Notes: a model not told the origin generated them from the letters alone. 64,000 bases of DNA from Minisyncoccota bacterium (GCA_018062765.1 JAGORR010000001.1:10087-74086), one strand, 5' to 3'. Shown: positions 28,696 to 38,086, counted from the first letter of the stretch. Program-made: numbers and translations.

Positions 28696-29223
28696 GTGGA
28701 AGAACCTATGCACACGGAGCCTTACATGCTTGGCCACAGGATTAGCCAGATAGCCGCGATAGACCGCGCTCGCGGACTCGGCAATTCAGGCGATCTAATC
28801 TACAAGATTCCAGACGACCTGAAGCGCTTCAGGGAAATGACATCGGGTCATCCGGTCATCATGGGACGGAAGACCTGGGAATCGCTCCCGGACGCCGTCC
28901 GCCCCATGCCAGGTCGCACGAACATCGTCGTTACAAGACAGGCAGACTACCCTGCGGATGGCGCATCGGTCGCGACATCTGTCGAGGCCGCACTCGCCAT
29001 GGTCGAGGCGGCGCCAGGAAGCCAGGAGATTTACGTGATAGGCGGCGGCGATCTGTATACGGCCGCGCTCCCCTACACCGATCGCCTCTACCTCACACTC
29101 GTCGATGACGAGCGTCCTGCAGATACGTTCTTCCCGGACTACTCCGCGTTCACGCGCGTTATTCAGGATGAATCACACGAGCAGGACGGCATACGCTTCC
29201 GGTATCTGACGCTCGAAAAATAA
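28696..29223 (+). CDS. folA: Dihydrofolate reductase
   Basis: IAAIDRARGLG...IPDDLKRFREMTSGHPVIMGRKTWESLP. The true start may be the internal MLGH at 28726. Confidence 0.9.
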   Translation: MEEPMHTEPYMLGHRISQIAAIDRARGLGNSGDLIYKIPDDLKRFREMTSGHPVIMGRKTWESLPDAVRPMPGRTNIVVTRQADYPADGASVATSVEAALAMVEAAPGSQEIYVIGGGDLYTAALPYTDRLYLTLVDDERPADTFFPDYSAFTRVIQDESHEQDGIRFRYLTLEK

Positions 29224-29225
29224 AA

Positions 29226-29259
29226 CAGCCTCCGCTTGCGCGGAGGCTGTCCTATTTTT
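29226..29259. terminator. Bidirectional terminator between folA and rplK
   Basis: CAGCCTCCGCTTGCGCGGAGGCTG followed by TCCTATTTTT. Confidence 0.6.
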
Positions 29260-29278
29260 GAAACTTCTTGTTTGATTT

Positions 29279-29698
29279 CTATTTGACGTCTATACCCATC
29301 GACCGCGCAGTTCCCTCGATCATGAGTTCTGCCGCTCCCAGCGAGCCGGCGTTAAGGTCTGGCATCTTCTGCTCAGCGATTTCCTTGACCTGCGCCTTCG
29401 TGATCTTTCCGGCTTTGACGGTCGGAGTCTTACCCGAGCCCTTCTCGAGTCCTGCCTTCTTTAAAATAAGGCGAGACGCAGGAGGAGTCTTAAGGACGAA
29501 GGTGAACGAGCGATCCTCGTAGACCGAGAGGTCAACCGGGATGATGTCGCCCATCTTGTCACGGGTCGCCTCGTTAAACTGAGTGACGAACTGACCGATG
29601 TTGACGCCCGCAGGACCAAGGACGGTACCCACCGGTGGAGCCGGAGTTGCCTTCCCTGCCGGGATCTGGAGCTTGATCTTCTTTACTACTTTAGCCAT
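29279..29698 (-). CDS. rplK: 50S ribosomal protein L11
   Basis: [24 protein letters not shown] signature. Confidence 0.97.
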   Translation of the reverse strand: MAKVVKKIKLQIPAGKATPAPPVGTVLGPAGVNIGQFVTQFNEATRDKMGDIIPVDLSVYEDRSFTFVLKTPPASRLILKKAGLEKGSGKTPTVKAGKITKAQVKEIAEQKMPDLNAGSLGAAELMIEGTARSMGIDVK

Positions 29699-29718
29699 AT
29701 GAGTGCGATTACCTTACC

Positions 29719-30288
29719 TTAGAGCTTCCTTACTTGCAAAAAGTCGAGTTCGACCGGGGTCTCGCGGCCGAACATGGCGACCATGACCTTCACCTTGCCG
29801 CGCTCCTCGTCGATTTCCCCCACCTTGCCTTCGAGGTCCTTGAACGGGCCGTCCGCGATGACCACGGGATCGTCCTTTACGAGGTCAATCGTGTGCTTAG
29901 CGACCTCTGCACCCATACGCTTCATGAGGGTCGCGACCTCAGCCTCGTCCATAGGGACGGGGGTGACGCCGGAACCGACGAAGCCGGTCACGCGGGGGGT
30001 GTTACGGACGACGAACCAGGAGTCCTCGTCGACGATCATGCGCACGAGGATGTAGCCCGGGTAAATTTTCTCCTCCTCGACGACACGCTTGCCGCCCTTC
30101 ACGCGGATTTTCTTTTCAGTTGGGACGACAACCTCGAATATCTTCCCTTCCATACCAAGGCTTTCGATGCGCTGCTTGAGGTTACGCTCGACGGCGTTCT
30201 CGTAGCCCGCATACGTGTGAAGCGCGTACCACCTCGGCTCGGTGTTTGCAGCGTCCGGAGAGAATTCAGGAGTTGAGCGTATTTCCAT
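29719..30288 (-). CDS. nusG: Transcription termination/antitermination factor NusG
   Basis: WYALHTYAGYENAV NGN domain plus a KOW domain. Confidence 0.95.
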   Translation of the reverse strand: MEIRSTPEFSPDAANTEPRWYALHTYAGYENAVERNLKQRIESLGMEGKIFEVVVPTEKKIRVKGGKRVVEEEKIYPGYILVRMIVDEDSWFVVRNTPRVTGFVGSGVTPVPMDEAEVATLMKRMGAEVAKHTIDLVKDDPVVIADGPFKDLEGKVGEIDEERGKVKVMVAMFGRETPVELDFLQVRKL

Positions 30289-30299
30289 AGTGGTATCGC

Positions 30300-30494
30300 T
30301 TAAAAGCCGAGAATGAAGGTTTCCACTCCGTACGTGAACCCAGCATCAAGAAGCGCGATAATCACCGCGACCAAGGCGCCTATCACGATAACGAGCACGG
30401 TATGCGCGATAGCCGTGCGGGTATCCGGCCACACCACGTGCTTCATCTCGGCACGAACCTGGGAAAGGTAGGTAAGGAATTTCATGTTCTCCAA
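30300..30494 (-). CDS. secE: Preprotein translocase subunit SecE
   Basis: A 64-aa single C-terminal TM protein. EMKHVVWPDT motif, immediately upstream of nusG. Confidence 0.85.
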   Translation of the reverse strand: MENMKFLTYLSQVRAEMKHVVWPDTRTAIAHTVLVIVIGALVAVIIALLDAGFTYGVETFILGF

Positions 30495-30592
30495 TTAAAA
30501 AAGCCCTGCGGGCCTTGTTGGAATCAGCATACTATGGCCCCATTTTTGCGTCAAATAAGCACACCCCGCACGATACGTGCGGGGTGTCGGGC

Positions 30593-31078
30593 TCAGGAGC
30601 GCTGTACAGGCCGTGCAAGCATGTTCTCGTACGCCTGGTTCCTTTGAGCATGATCGAGGTGGTCGGCGAGCAACCAGATGCTCGCAAGCTCGGTGGCATT
30701 CGGACGGCGCACCCCGCGGATGACATACCGGTAGATGCCGTACACCACAAGCGTCAATGCTGCGCACACGGCGATCATGTCGGTCTGGATATTCCACAGC
30801 ACACTCGACTCTCGCAGATAGAGGCACCAAAATCCCATGAGGCAGACGGCGGTCACCGTCGAGATGAACCAGTAGAGCATCGCGCGCGATGCGGCTTCAC
30901 CAATGAAGACGGCTCGCTTGCTATCCTCGATGACATCCCCGCCGAAGCGCTCATTCCACGTCGCGAGCTTGTCGGATGTCAGTTTGCCTGCGCGATACAT
31001 CCCGAGCACGTAATGCGTCCTTTCAAGATCGATATTTGCCATAAGAACCTCCTTTGTTGTCCGAGCGCATATGAACAC
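30593..31078 (-). CDS. Hypothetical membrane protein
   Basis: Two predicted TM helices. Followed by a strong hairpin, CCCCGCACGATACGTGCGGGG, at 30555-30580. Confidence 0.4.
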   Translation of the reverse strand: MFICARTTKEVLMANIDLERTHYVLGMYRAGKLTSDKLATWNERFGGDVIEDSKRAVFIGEAASRAMLYWFISTVTAVCLMGFWCLYLRESSVLWNIQTDMIAVCAALTLVVYGIYRYVIRGVRRPNATELASIWLLADHLDHAQRNQAYENMLARPVQRS

Positions 31079-31139
31079 TTCGTATGCACAAAGTCAAAGC
31101 CGCCCCTCTGGGGCGGCTTTGCTTCGCTCGATTGGAGTC

Positions 31140-31928
31140 TTACTTGAGTTCGAACGTGACGGAGACGCGGACGACGTACTCACCTTCCCCGACAGGAAGG
31201 CTTGGAGCCTTCATGCCAGCTGCGTCATACGCCATGCTCATCTCTGCGCGTTCATACGGCATCGGATAGCCCGGCTCGGTGTTCTCCCAGAACCCGACAA
31301 CCTTGCCGAGACGGACTCCGAGCTCATCAGCGAGCGCCTGGGCCTTTGCCTTCGCGTCCGCAACCGCCTTGGTGCGAGCCTCAGCCTTAAGGTTCTCCGG
31401 GTCATCGATGGTGAAGTTCGGACCGGAAACATTCTGCACGCCCGCGTCGCCAAGTCCCTGGAGGACGGCGCCGACCTTATCCGTATCTCGGACCTTCGCG
31501 TCTATCGACTGCGAGACCTGGTACGCACGGATAGTAGGAGCGGCACATGGTCCTACATTCGGGCAAATCACGTTGTTGTACTGCGGATAAATAGAGTAGG
31601 ACGAAGTAGTGACGTCCTTCCGTTCGACGCCAGCAGCATCAAGTGCGGCGAGCGCACGATCGGTGCGTGCGGTTGCCGCATCCTGCGCCGCTGCGACCGT
31701 CGCTGCCTCCTCCATAACGCTGAAAGAGATGGATGCGATGTCCGGAGTCGCGGTCACAGTCCCTGTTCCTTCGACACTTATCGAGGTCGATGGATACTCG
31801 TTCTCGTCAAGATCCATGAAAGCCTTCACGGTGAGCGCGAGCAGGAATACCGCCAGGAGTCCTAGCGCTACGGTCGCGACCACACGGATCTGGCGATTGC
31901 TGCCGAATTCAGTCCAAAAATCGTTCAT
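31140..31928 (-). CDS. SIMPL-domain protein (DUF541/YggE-like)
   Basis: N-terminal TM anchor and SIMPL-type fold similarity (ISVEGTGTVTATPDIA...VSVTFEL). Confidence 0.75.
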   Translation of the reverse strand: MNDFWTEFGSNRQIRVVATVALGLLAVFLLALTVKAFMDLDENEYPSTSISVEGTGTVTATPDIASISFSVMEEAATVAAAQDAATARTDRALAALDAAGVERKDVTTSSYSIYPQYNNVICPNVGPCAAPTIRAYQVSQSIDAKVRDTDKVGAVLQGLGDAGVQNVSGPNFTIDDPENLKAEARTKAVADAKAKAQALADELGVRLGKVVGFWENTEPGYPMPYERAEMSMAYDAAGMKAPSLPVGEGEYVVRVSVTFELK

Positions 31929-32040
31929 ACGGATAACGTATATAGGTAATGAGGTAAGTATATACCGGCATATCTTGCGACCGGTCGGTATGTTCCCTCT
32001 GACGGGCGACCCCTCCTTTTATTACTACTTGGAAGGAGGG

Positions 32041-32709
32041 CTACGGCGCGACCTGGAGACTTGAAAGGAGGCGGAGCAAGGTCTGGTGTTCAGGCAGATT
32101 TGCAACGATAAGGTCTGGCTCGGTCCAGTTGGTTATATCACGCTCGATGACCTCGAACGCGAGCACGTCGTTCTCGCGCGGAAGGAAATATGCAGAGTGC
32201 ACCTGTGCCTCGAAACGCTCGATGACGATAGAGAGGAACGTGCGCGATGCGATAACGCGCGGCGAATACTTCTCGATAGATTCCGGGCGCATATCAGATG
32301 GTGAGAGCGTGGTATTCGCGAGGATGACTTCCTCTGCGCTTACGCCTTCCGGAATTGCGTAGCGATGGATGAATATGGTGTGCGGAGGCGTCGTGGTGCC
32401 CGTCTTCTCATAGACCGCGACCATCGACGAGTCGCCCGCAGGGCCCGCGCGAAGCTCGTAGCCATCAGGAATGACGAACGAGAGTCCCGCGTCCGGAAAT
32501 TCCGCGTTCGGGAACGGGCACTGGGCAAATGTGCACTCTGGCCCCGTGCGCCCCAGGCTCGTGCCGTCTGGGCATATCTTCGCGTCCAGCGTACATGCTC
32601 CTACCTGCGGATCATCGAATCGCTCCATCGTATTTCGATAGAAGAACCCGGCGAAGCCGATGACGAGGATGAGTACGATACCTGCAAGAAGAAGTTTCAT
32701 GTCGTTCAT
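32041..32709 (-). CDS. Hypothetical Cys-containing secreted/anchored protein
   Basis: N-terminal TM helix. Its start overlaps the mscL stop by 4 nt. Confidence 0.4.
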   Translation of the reverse strand: MNDMKLLLAGIVLILVIGFAGFFYRNTMERFDDPQVGACTLDAKICPDGTSLGRTGPECTFAQCPFPNAEFPDAGLSFVIPDGYELRAGPAGDSSMVAVYEKTGTTTPPHTIFIHRYAIPEGVSAEEVILANTTLSPSDMRPESIEKYSPRVIASRTFLSIVIERFEAQVHSAYFLPRENDVLAFEVIERDITNWTEPDLIVANLPEHQTLLRLLSSLQVAP

Positions 32710-33095
32710 GCAGACCGCTTGAGGCTGTCTCGAATCTCGCGCAAGACCCGCAGCTCCTCAGATTCTACGGGCGTCGCTGCTTCTTCCTCCTTCTTTTTCT
32801 GGTGCATGAGGCGATTCAGGGTGCGCAGCAACATAAAGAGCGCGAACGCGATGATCGCGAAGTTCACCACCGCCTGGATGAATATTCCGTAGTTAAGGCT
32901 CGCACTACCCATTGGCACTGAAAGCGAGGAGAAGTCGATGCCGCCGATTAAGAATCCGATGGGCGGCATGATGATGTCATCGACGAGCGACGAGACAATC
33001 TTGCCGAACGCGGTGCCGATAATGACGCCGATCGCGAGATCGATAACGTTCCCGCGCATCGCGAACGCCTTGAATTCCTGTAGCAGGCTTTTCAT
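32706..33095 (-). CDS. mscL: Large-conductance mechanosensitive channel
   Basis: [24 protein letters not shown] signature. Confidence 0.95.
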   Translation of the reverse strand: MKSLLQEFKAFAMRGNVIDLAIGVIIGTAFGKIVSSLVDDIIMPPIGFLIGGIDFSSLSVPMGSASLNYGIFIQAVVNFAIIAFALFMLLRTLNRLMHQKKKEEEAATPVESEELRVLREIRDSLKRSA

Positions 33096-33141
33096 ATAGT
33101 GGGAGTATGCCTCTGCACTCCTCGGCGCGCAATACTAGGCG

Positions 33142-33888
33142 CTAGCCCTCAAGCGCCAAGAGCGCGGTCATGAGGAGTACTCCTGCCACAATCGCTACGA
33201 CCTGTACCACTCCCTGCCCTGCCCTGCGCTCCTTATGAAGTTCTGGTATGAGGTCAGAGAGTGCGATGTAGATAAAGCCTCCGGCAGTAAGCGGCAGAAG
33301 CCAGAGCGCGAACGCCTCGCTACTCTCGCCAACAATAAGCGCGACGGTGGCGCCGAATACTGCAGCGAGCGCTGACAGGAAGTTATACCAAAGCGCCTTC
33401 GCCTTCGAGTACCCAGCATGAATGAGCACGCCGAAATTTCCGATTTCCTGCGGAATCTCATGCAGCACCACCGCGATAGTCGTTGCGATTCCCACCTCGA
33501 CCGAGACCATGTAGCTTGCGGCAACGATGATACCGTCAATGAAGTTATGCGCGCCGTCCCCAACGAGCACGATATTCCCTACCGGGTGCGGGTGCTCCTC
33601 AGCATGCTCCGAGGTGTGGTGATGCCAATGCAACACCTTTTCGAGCACAAAAAATAGCAGGATGCCAGCAATGAATGCGAGCGAGATCATCAACGGGTCG
33701 TCGAGTCCCTCGTAGGTCTCGGGAATGATATGTACGAATACGTCACCAAGGAGAGCGCCTACCGCAAGCGCAACAAGAATGAAGACGCTCTTGTTAAGGA
33801 GGTCTCGCTTAAGGAGAAGCGCCGCAGCGCCGGCAAACGATACGAGACTTATGAGGAGCACGCTTGCGAGTGCGTAAAAAGTAATCAT
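33142..33888 (-). CDS. ZIP-family metal (zinc) transporter
   Basis: His-rich loop HHHTSEHAEEHPHP and GDGAHNFIDG motif. Confidence 0.9.
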   Translation of the reverse strand: MITFYALASVLLISLVSFAGAAALLLKRDLLNKSVFILVALAVGALLGDVFVHIIPETYEGLDDPLMISLAFIAGILLFFVLEKVLHWHHHTSEHAEEHPHPVGNIVLVGDGAHNFIDGIIVAASYMVSVEVGIATTIAVVLHEIPQEIGNFGVLIHAGYSKAKALWYNFLSALAAVFGATVALIVGESSEAFALWLLPLTAGGFIYIALSDLIPELHKERRAGQGVVQVVAIVAGVLLMTALLALEG

Positions 33889-33945
33889 GTCGATCTAGTT
33901 ATTGATGTTCAACTCGATGCTATCGTAGTTGCGAATATATCGCAA

Positions 33946-35085
33946 CTACAGATTGTGCGCATGGGCATGTCTATCGAGAGGCGCAGACCCGCTCACCCTA
34001 CCGTAAAGCATCCACGCCGCAATGAGGGTCGTTATAGGAACGGCGAGCACTAGACCAGAGGAGCCGATGAGTATGCGGATGATTTCAGTCGCAAAAAGCT
34101 CCGAGTTCGCAAGGTATTCCATCCCATTTGCCGCCTGGGTGAAAAGCAGAAAAAGTGGCAATGACGCGCCTACGTAGGCAATTGCGAGCGTGTTCACCAG
34201 TGCCCCGATGTGCTCTCGTCCTATCCGTAGACCGCGTCGGTATGCATCGAGGCGCGTGTAATGCGCGCCAGCGCGATAGAGCTCCTCAATAGCTACCGCT
34301 TGGCCAATCGCCATGTCGTAAAGGACACCGAGTAGCCCTATCATCACTCCCCCGAACAGAAGGCCGACCATGTCTATCCTGCCACTCGTGTTGAAGTTGA
34401 GGTACACGTTCTGCTCGCTCGTGAACCCTGACAAGTTCGCAAGGTCGATGGCGAGGTACGCAGCGACACCAGTCACAGCAACGGTAGATACCATGCCGAG
34501 CATGGCCGCCGTGGTGGTGCGGGTAAACCCGTGCGTCACATAGGACCCGAACACGGTTATGAGGGACGCGACGAGGATGGAAAGCAGTATCGGTGATAAC
34601 CCGCCATAAATTCCCGGCAAAAGCACGTAAAAAATAAGGAGTAGACTACCTGCAAGACTCGCGAGACCGCGTACCCCCTGCAAGCCCCCGAACACGATAA
34701 GGAGCACGAGAAATGCAAGGGCAAGCGACACGAGCACGGGCATACGGTAGAGCTCTGCGATGTACCCTGTCTCGATACCAAGCTCCTCGTCGATAACATG
34801 ACGCACGTATACGACGTCTCCTCGTTCTACCTGCAGGTAATCGTTTTCAAACGTAGCCCTCTGGCCCTCGTCCGGGCCCTCGGTAAGCTCGACGGTGATA
34901 GTCTGCCGCTCGTGCTCAACATCGGTACCAGCGATTATTTCCGTGATCGGCTGGGATGCCTCGATTACCCTCGCCTTCTCATATCTAGTCGTCGAAGGAA
35001 GAGGATCCTCGGCCGCCGCAGTAAGAGGCAACAGCATGAGCACTGCTGCGCACGCGAGTAGTCGCATCATGTGCAACGGACGCAT
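33946..35085 (-). CDS. Hypothetical multi-pass membrane protein (YibE/F-like)
   Basis: Signal peptide, a ~90-aa exported domain, then 6-7 TM helices. Confidence 0.45.
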   Translation of the reverse strand: MRPLHMMRLLACAAVLMLLPLTAAAEDPLPSTTRYEKARVIEASQPITEIIAGTDVEHERQTITVELTEGPDEGQRATFENDYLQVERGDVVYVRHVIDEELGIETGYIAELYRMPVLVSLALAFLVLLIVFGGLQGVRGLASLAGSLLLIFYVLLPGIYGGLSPILLSILVASLITVFGSYVTHGFTRTTTAAMLGMVSTVAVTGVAAYLAIDLANLSGFTSEQNVYLNFNTSGRIDMVGLLFGGVMIGLLGVLYDMAIGQAVAIEELYRAGAHYTRLDAYRRGLRIGREHIGALVNTLAIAYVGASLPLFLLFTQAANGMEYLANSELFATEIIRILIGSSGLVLAVPITTLIAAWMLYGRVSGSAPLDRHAHAHNL

Positions 35086-35519
35086 ACCCCGAAAAGCTCG
35101 AGCGCGTGCTCATCGAGCTTGGCGAACCCCTTTGTCTTCTTGAGAACCGCCGGAGCAAGCGTAGGCGGCGGGCACCATTCGAATTCCTCGGTCTTTCCGC
35201 AGCGCGTGCAGACGGCATGGTGGTGGTGACCTGCGCGGCCCGCGAGCTCGTAGTCGGTATGCCCATGCCGCAGATTGAGGCGACGCACGAGACCCGCCTC
35301 TGCAAGGGATTCAAGACCGCGGTACATGGTCGCGGTGTCCATGCTCCCTTTCCTCACCCGCTTTGCGAGTTCCGGAGTGCCTGCTGGCCTTCCAATGGAA
35401 GTTAGCGCCGCGAGTAACTCGATGCGCTGAGGAGTCGCACGCAGGCCCTTATCGCGCAGCAGTGCCGCGTATCGGTCACGCTCAGTAAGAGTCATCTCTC
35501 TAGTTAATCGCACCTGCAA
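35067..35519 (-). CDS. Fur-family transcriptional regulator (likely Zur, adjacent to ZIP transporter)
   Basis: TPQRIELLAAL HTH, HHHH plus CxxC...CxxC metal sites. Confidence 0.85.
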   Translation of the reverse strand: MQVRLTREMTLTERDRYAALLRDKGLRATPQRIELLAALTSIGRPAGTPELAKRVRKGSMDTATMYRGLESLAEAGLVRRLNLRHGHTDYELAGRAGHHHHAVCTRCGKTEEFEWCPPPTLAPAVLKKTKGFAKLDEHALELFGVCVRCT

Positions 35520-35548
35520 AACACTTGCAAGTACGGATTGCTGTGGTG

Positions 35549-36019
35549 CTACGCTTCTATGTCGGTCATCACCTCAGCTGTCTTCTCCCCTATCTCAAAA
35601 TCCCCCCAGCGTATCCAGGTTGGTACGAGCTTGTAGTACCGGATGACCGCCGGATCAAGACGCGTGATAGGCGCGAAGCGGTCTCCCTTCGCCCGCAGAG
35701 TATCGAGGAGCCGCTCCATGCTTGAGCCGAGTGTTGCGGTCTCGGTTTCATCGATAACGCGTCCCTCCATCTGAAGCGTCGCGGGCTTATCGCGGTCCGA
35801 GATGACAAATGCTGCTATGGGATTTGCGGCGAGATCCTGAGCTTTCCGCGTATTTGCATAGGTAAGAAACTGGATGGAGAAATCATCATTCCCTGAATAG
35901 TAGACCGCGCGTGCTCTTGGCGCGCCTGCGGCGGATACCGTTCCCAGGACCCCTAGATCATTAGCCTTAAGGAACGAGAGAGCTGCGTCGCGCTTGTCCG
36001 TGGATTCCTGAGTATTCAT
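35549..36019 (-). CDS. Pyridoxamine 5'-phosphate oxidase-like FMN-binding protein
   Basis: Split-barrel PNPOx-like pattern (GVLGTVSAAGAPRARAVYY). Confidence 0.65.
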   Translation of the reverse strand: MNTQESTDKRDAALSFLKANDLGVLGTVSAAGAPRARAVYYSGNDDFSIQFLTYANTRKAQDLAANPIAAFVISDRDKPATLQMEGRVIDETETATLGSSMERLLDTLRAKGDRFAPITRLDPAVIRYYKLVPTWIRWGDFEIGEKTAEVMTDIEA

Positions 36020-36058
36020 ATCTGCATGATACTCCGCTTACGAGGGCGTCAAGTAAAG

Positions 36059-36580
36059 TCAGTTCAGGAAATAGATGGAAACGTTGAGATAGGTCGCGAA
36101 GCTCACCCAAAGGAGATACGGCACAAGAAGCCATGCGGCGGTGCGGGAAACACGCGCGAACAGAACGATAGTCGCAAGAATAGCTGCCCACAGCACCATT
36201 ACCTCTATCGCTGCCCCGCCGAGACTCTTAATGCCGAAGAACAGGTACGACCAGAGCATATTGAGTACGAGCTGGAAGAGGAATACCGAGAGCGCGATGC
36301 GCACAAATGGCGCAGAGAGTCCTTTGCGCCACACAAGAAACGCAGCGATGCCCATAAGAAAGAATAGTGTTGGCCACACAACACCGAATACCCAGTCGGG
36401 TGGAACCAGGGACGGCCGATTAATCGTGTCGTACCAATCCGCGAGCGCAGGTGTCGTGAATATAGTGCCGAGCGCGCCTGTCGCCTGCGGCACAATGAGC
36501 GCGACTGCGAGCTTGGCGTAATCAGTGCGGGTCATGGCACTAGTATCGCACGCGCTCTCGCCCAGAAACGAGAAAAGCAC
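36059..36580 (-). CDS. tspO: TspO/MBR family tryptophan-rich sensory protein
   Basis: WYDTINRPSLVPPDWVFGVVWPTLFFLMGIAAFLVW, with five TM helices. The likely true start is the internal M at 36535. Confidence 0.8.
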   Translation of the reverse strand: MLFSFLGESACDTSAMTRTDYAKLAVALIVPQATGALGTIFTTPALADWYDTINRPSLVPPDWVFGVVWPTLFFLMGIAAFLVWRKGLSAPFVRIALSVFLFQLVLNMLWSYLFFGIKSLGGAAIEVMVLWAAILATIVLFARVSRTAAWLLVPYLLWVSFATYLNVSIYFLN

Positions 36581-36606
36581 CGCTTGCGCGATGCCTTCCT
36601 ATTCGG

Positions 36607-36680
36607 GGCGACCTGCGGGGCTCGAACCCGCGACCACTGGTACCACAAACCAGGGCTCTACCAGCTGAGCTAAGGCCGCC
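36607..36680 (-). tRNA. tRNA-His (anticodon GTG) with encoded G-1; CCA not encoded
   Basis: Manual fold: acceptor GCGGCCT/AGGTCGC, D-loop AGCTGGTA, anticodon loop TTGTGGT, T-loop TTCGAGC. Confidence 0.85.
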
Positions 36681-36720
36681 ATTCGGCGCACACGTGCGTT
36701 ATACCACGACGCGTGGATTT

Positions 36721-37293
36721 TTATGAACGGTACGAGGGTGATTCACGCTCAATCCCGGCATGTGTATTGGCAAGGCGCGCGAGTGCAAACAGAAGCGAGG
36801 AGAGACGGTTCATAAACGATTTTGCCTCGGGCGAAAGCTCGCGAAGCCCGAGCTCCTCAATACCGACGACGCGGCGCTCCGCGCGGCGCGCTATCGTGCG
36901 CGCGACGTCGAGTATTGCGGAAAGTTCCGTACCTCCAGATATCGTGAAGGTCGTTATGGGCGGCATCACCTTCTCTATCTCATTAACACGTACCTCAACC
37001 CAGGACGTCCTGTCCTCTGCGACACGCTTATCAGAGCCCGCGACTTCCGCCTGAACGATGAAAAGCTGCTCCTGGACTTCGCGGAGTATTTCCGAGGTCT
37101 TCTCCTTCTTTCCGTCTATCTCAACTGCGGGGTCGTGCTCGCCTACCGCCCGAACCTTAGCGAAACCAACATATGAATTGAGCTCATCCAGAGTGCCGAG
37201 GCACTCTGGAAGCGCAGAGGCCTTTGAGATGCGCTCCTTGGAGTCGAGGACCTTCGTCGTTCCGCCGTCGCCTTTTCCAGTAAAGAGTGCCAT
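36721..37293 (-). CDS. ATP:cob(I)alamin adenosyltransferase, PduO-type
   Basis: MALFTGKGDGGTTKV N-terminus. The ORF-track N-terminal extension to 37569 was rejected; ATG at 37291-37293. Confidence 0.85.
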   Translation of the reverse strand: MALFTGKGDGGTTKVLDSKERISKASALPECLGTLDELNSYVGFAKVRAVGEHDPAVEIDGKKEKTSEILREVQEQLFIVQAEVAGSDKRVAEDRTSWVEVRVNEIEKVMPPITTFTISGGTELSAILDVARTIARRAERRVVGIEELGLRELSPEAKSFMNRLSSLLFALARLANTHAGIERESPSYRS

Positions 37294-37349
37294 GGGAGAA
37301 TTGTAACAAAAATTTAAAGGGCCTCGTTTCCGAGGCCCTTTTCTTCGAG

Positions 37350-37859
37350 TCAGGCTCGCTGAAGTGCATGCAGACTCTTGGGGTTTCCGTAGTCCACGTA
37401 GACCAGGCGACCCGCAAGGAGACACACGTGTTCCGGACGGGATAGGTCGTAATCCGATGCATACGCCGCACGAAGAACCTCTGACGTCGCATGCGGGATT
37501 GGCTCGCCGCGACGCATGACGAGAATCATTCCCCAGAGGAGCGTCGTAACGACGGGCGCCAGTGGCCATTCTGGATGCTCCCGAGAGAGCCTCTCTTCTT
37601 GCCAGTTAGCACGAATCCCACCGAACACTTCGTCCAAGAGATACGCGCCAGTAGCGGCACGTGCGCCTGTTGGATTCGCTACCGCAGCCAACAGCCTCGC
37701 TTTGAACCACGCAAACCGAAACGGCGCGCGCATAAGCCTCCACACGGTTGGCAAAAGCCTTATCCGAGCCATCTTTATGGCCCACGATCCCACTAAAAGG
37801 ACCAGACGGGTTTGTCCCGCCCTTACCTGCATCATGGTTTCCTCCGTTTCTTCTCGCAA
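37350..37859 (-). CDS. Hypothetical mini protein-kinase-like protein (169 aa)
   Basis: WAIKMAR (VAIK-like), YDLSRPEHVCL (HRDLKPEN-like) and VYVDYG (DFG-like) motifs. Promoter-like TTGACC, 17-nt spacer, TTAAGT on the minus strand at ~37867-37895. Confidence 0.35.
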   Translation of the reverse strand: MREETEETMMQVRAGQTRLVLLVGSWAIKMARIRLLPTVWRLMRAPFRFAWFKARLLAAVANPTGARAATGAYLLDEVFGGIRANWQEERLSREHPEWPLAPVVTTLLWGMILVMRRGEPIPHATSEVLRAAYASDYDLSRPEHVCLLAGRLVYVDYGNPKSLHALQRA

Positions 37860-38036
37860 AGAAGAGCAGCGAGTCTGAGTGCACTTAACTCAATTTAAAA
37901 GCAGAGGTCAAGTAGCGATGCCCGCGGAGGAGGCAGTGAGGGTCACGGTTTGCGGCTATATTGCTCCAAGCATTCGCAATCTAGCTCGCAACCCCGACCC
38001 GGCCTCACCTGTCGCTTTGCGACATGGTTCCGGCTC

Positions 38037-38086
38037 ACCAAAAGCGAAAAGCCCTGATGCAGATCAGGACTTTTCGTCTTTTGGTG
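38037..38086. repeat. Near-palindromic hairpin element, copy A, overlapping the tRNA-Leu CCA end
   Basis: CACCAAAAGCGAAAAGCCC TGATGCAGATCA GGACTTTTCGTCTTTTGGTG. Confidence 0.6.

Noticed and set aside
30495-30592. Expected tRNA-Trp upstream of secE-nusG
   Set aside because: I tried to fold this region as a tRNA and it does not form a cloverleaf. It contains two hairpins (one a perfect 9-bp stem) that look like a terminator for the upstream membrane-protein gene.
37294-37569. N-terminal 92-aa extension of the PduO adenosyltransferase ORF
   Set aside because: Arg/Cys/Gly-rich translation of a high-GC alternative start. The conserved protein begins at MALFTGKGDGG (ATG 37291-37293).
37862-38030. 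Possible structured housekeeping RNA (SRP RNA, RNase P RNA, tmRNA, 6S) in the tRNA-rich intergenic regions, and likewise in 452-967
   Set aside because: I looked for the conserved SRP domain IV GGAAGCAGC-type motif, RNase P P4 AGGAAAGTCCGG, and the tmRNA tRNA-like end GGTTCGAnTCC...CCACCA on both strands and did not find them. The region instead contains a consensus-like promoter for the kinase-like gene.
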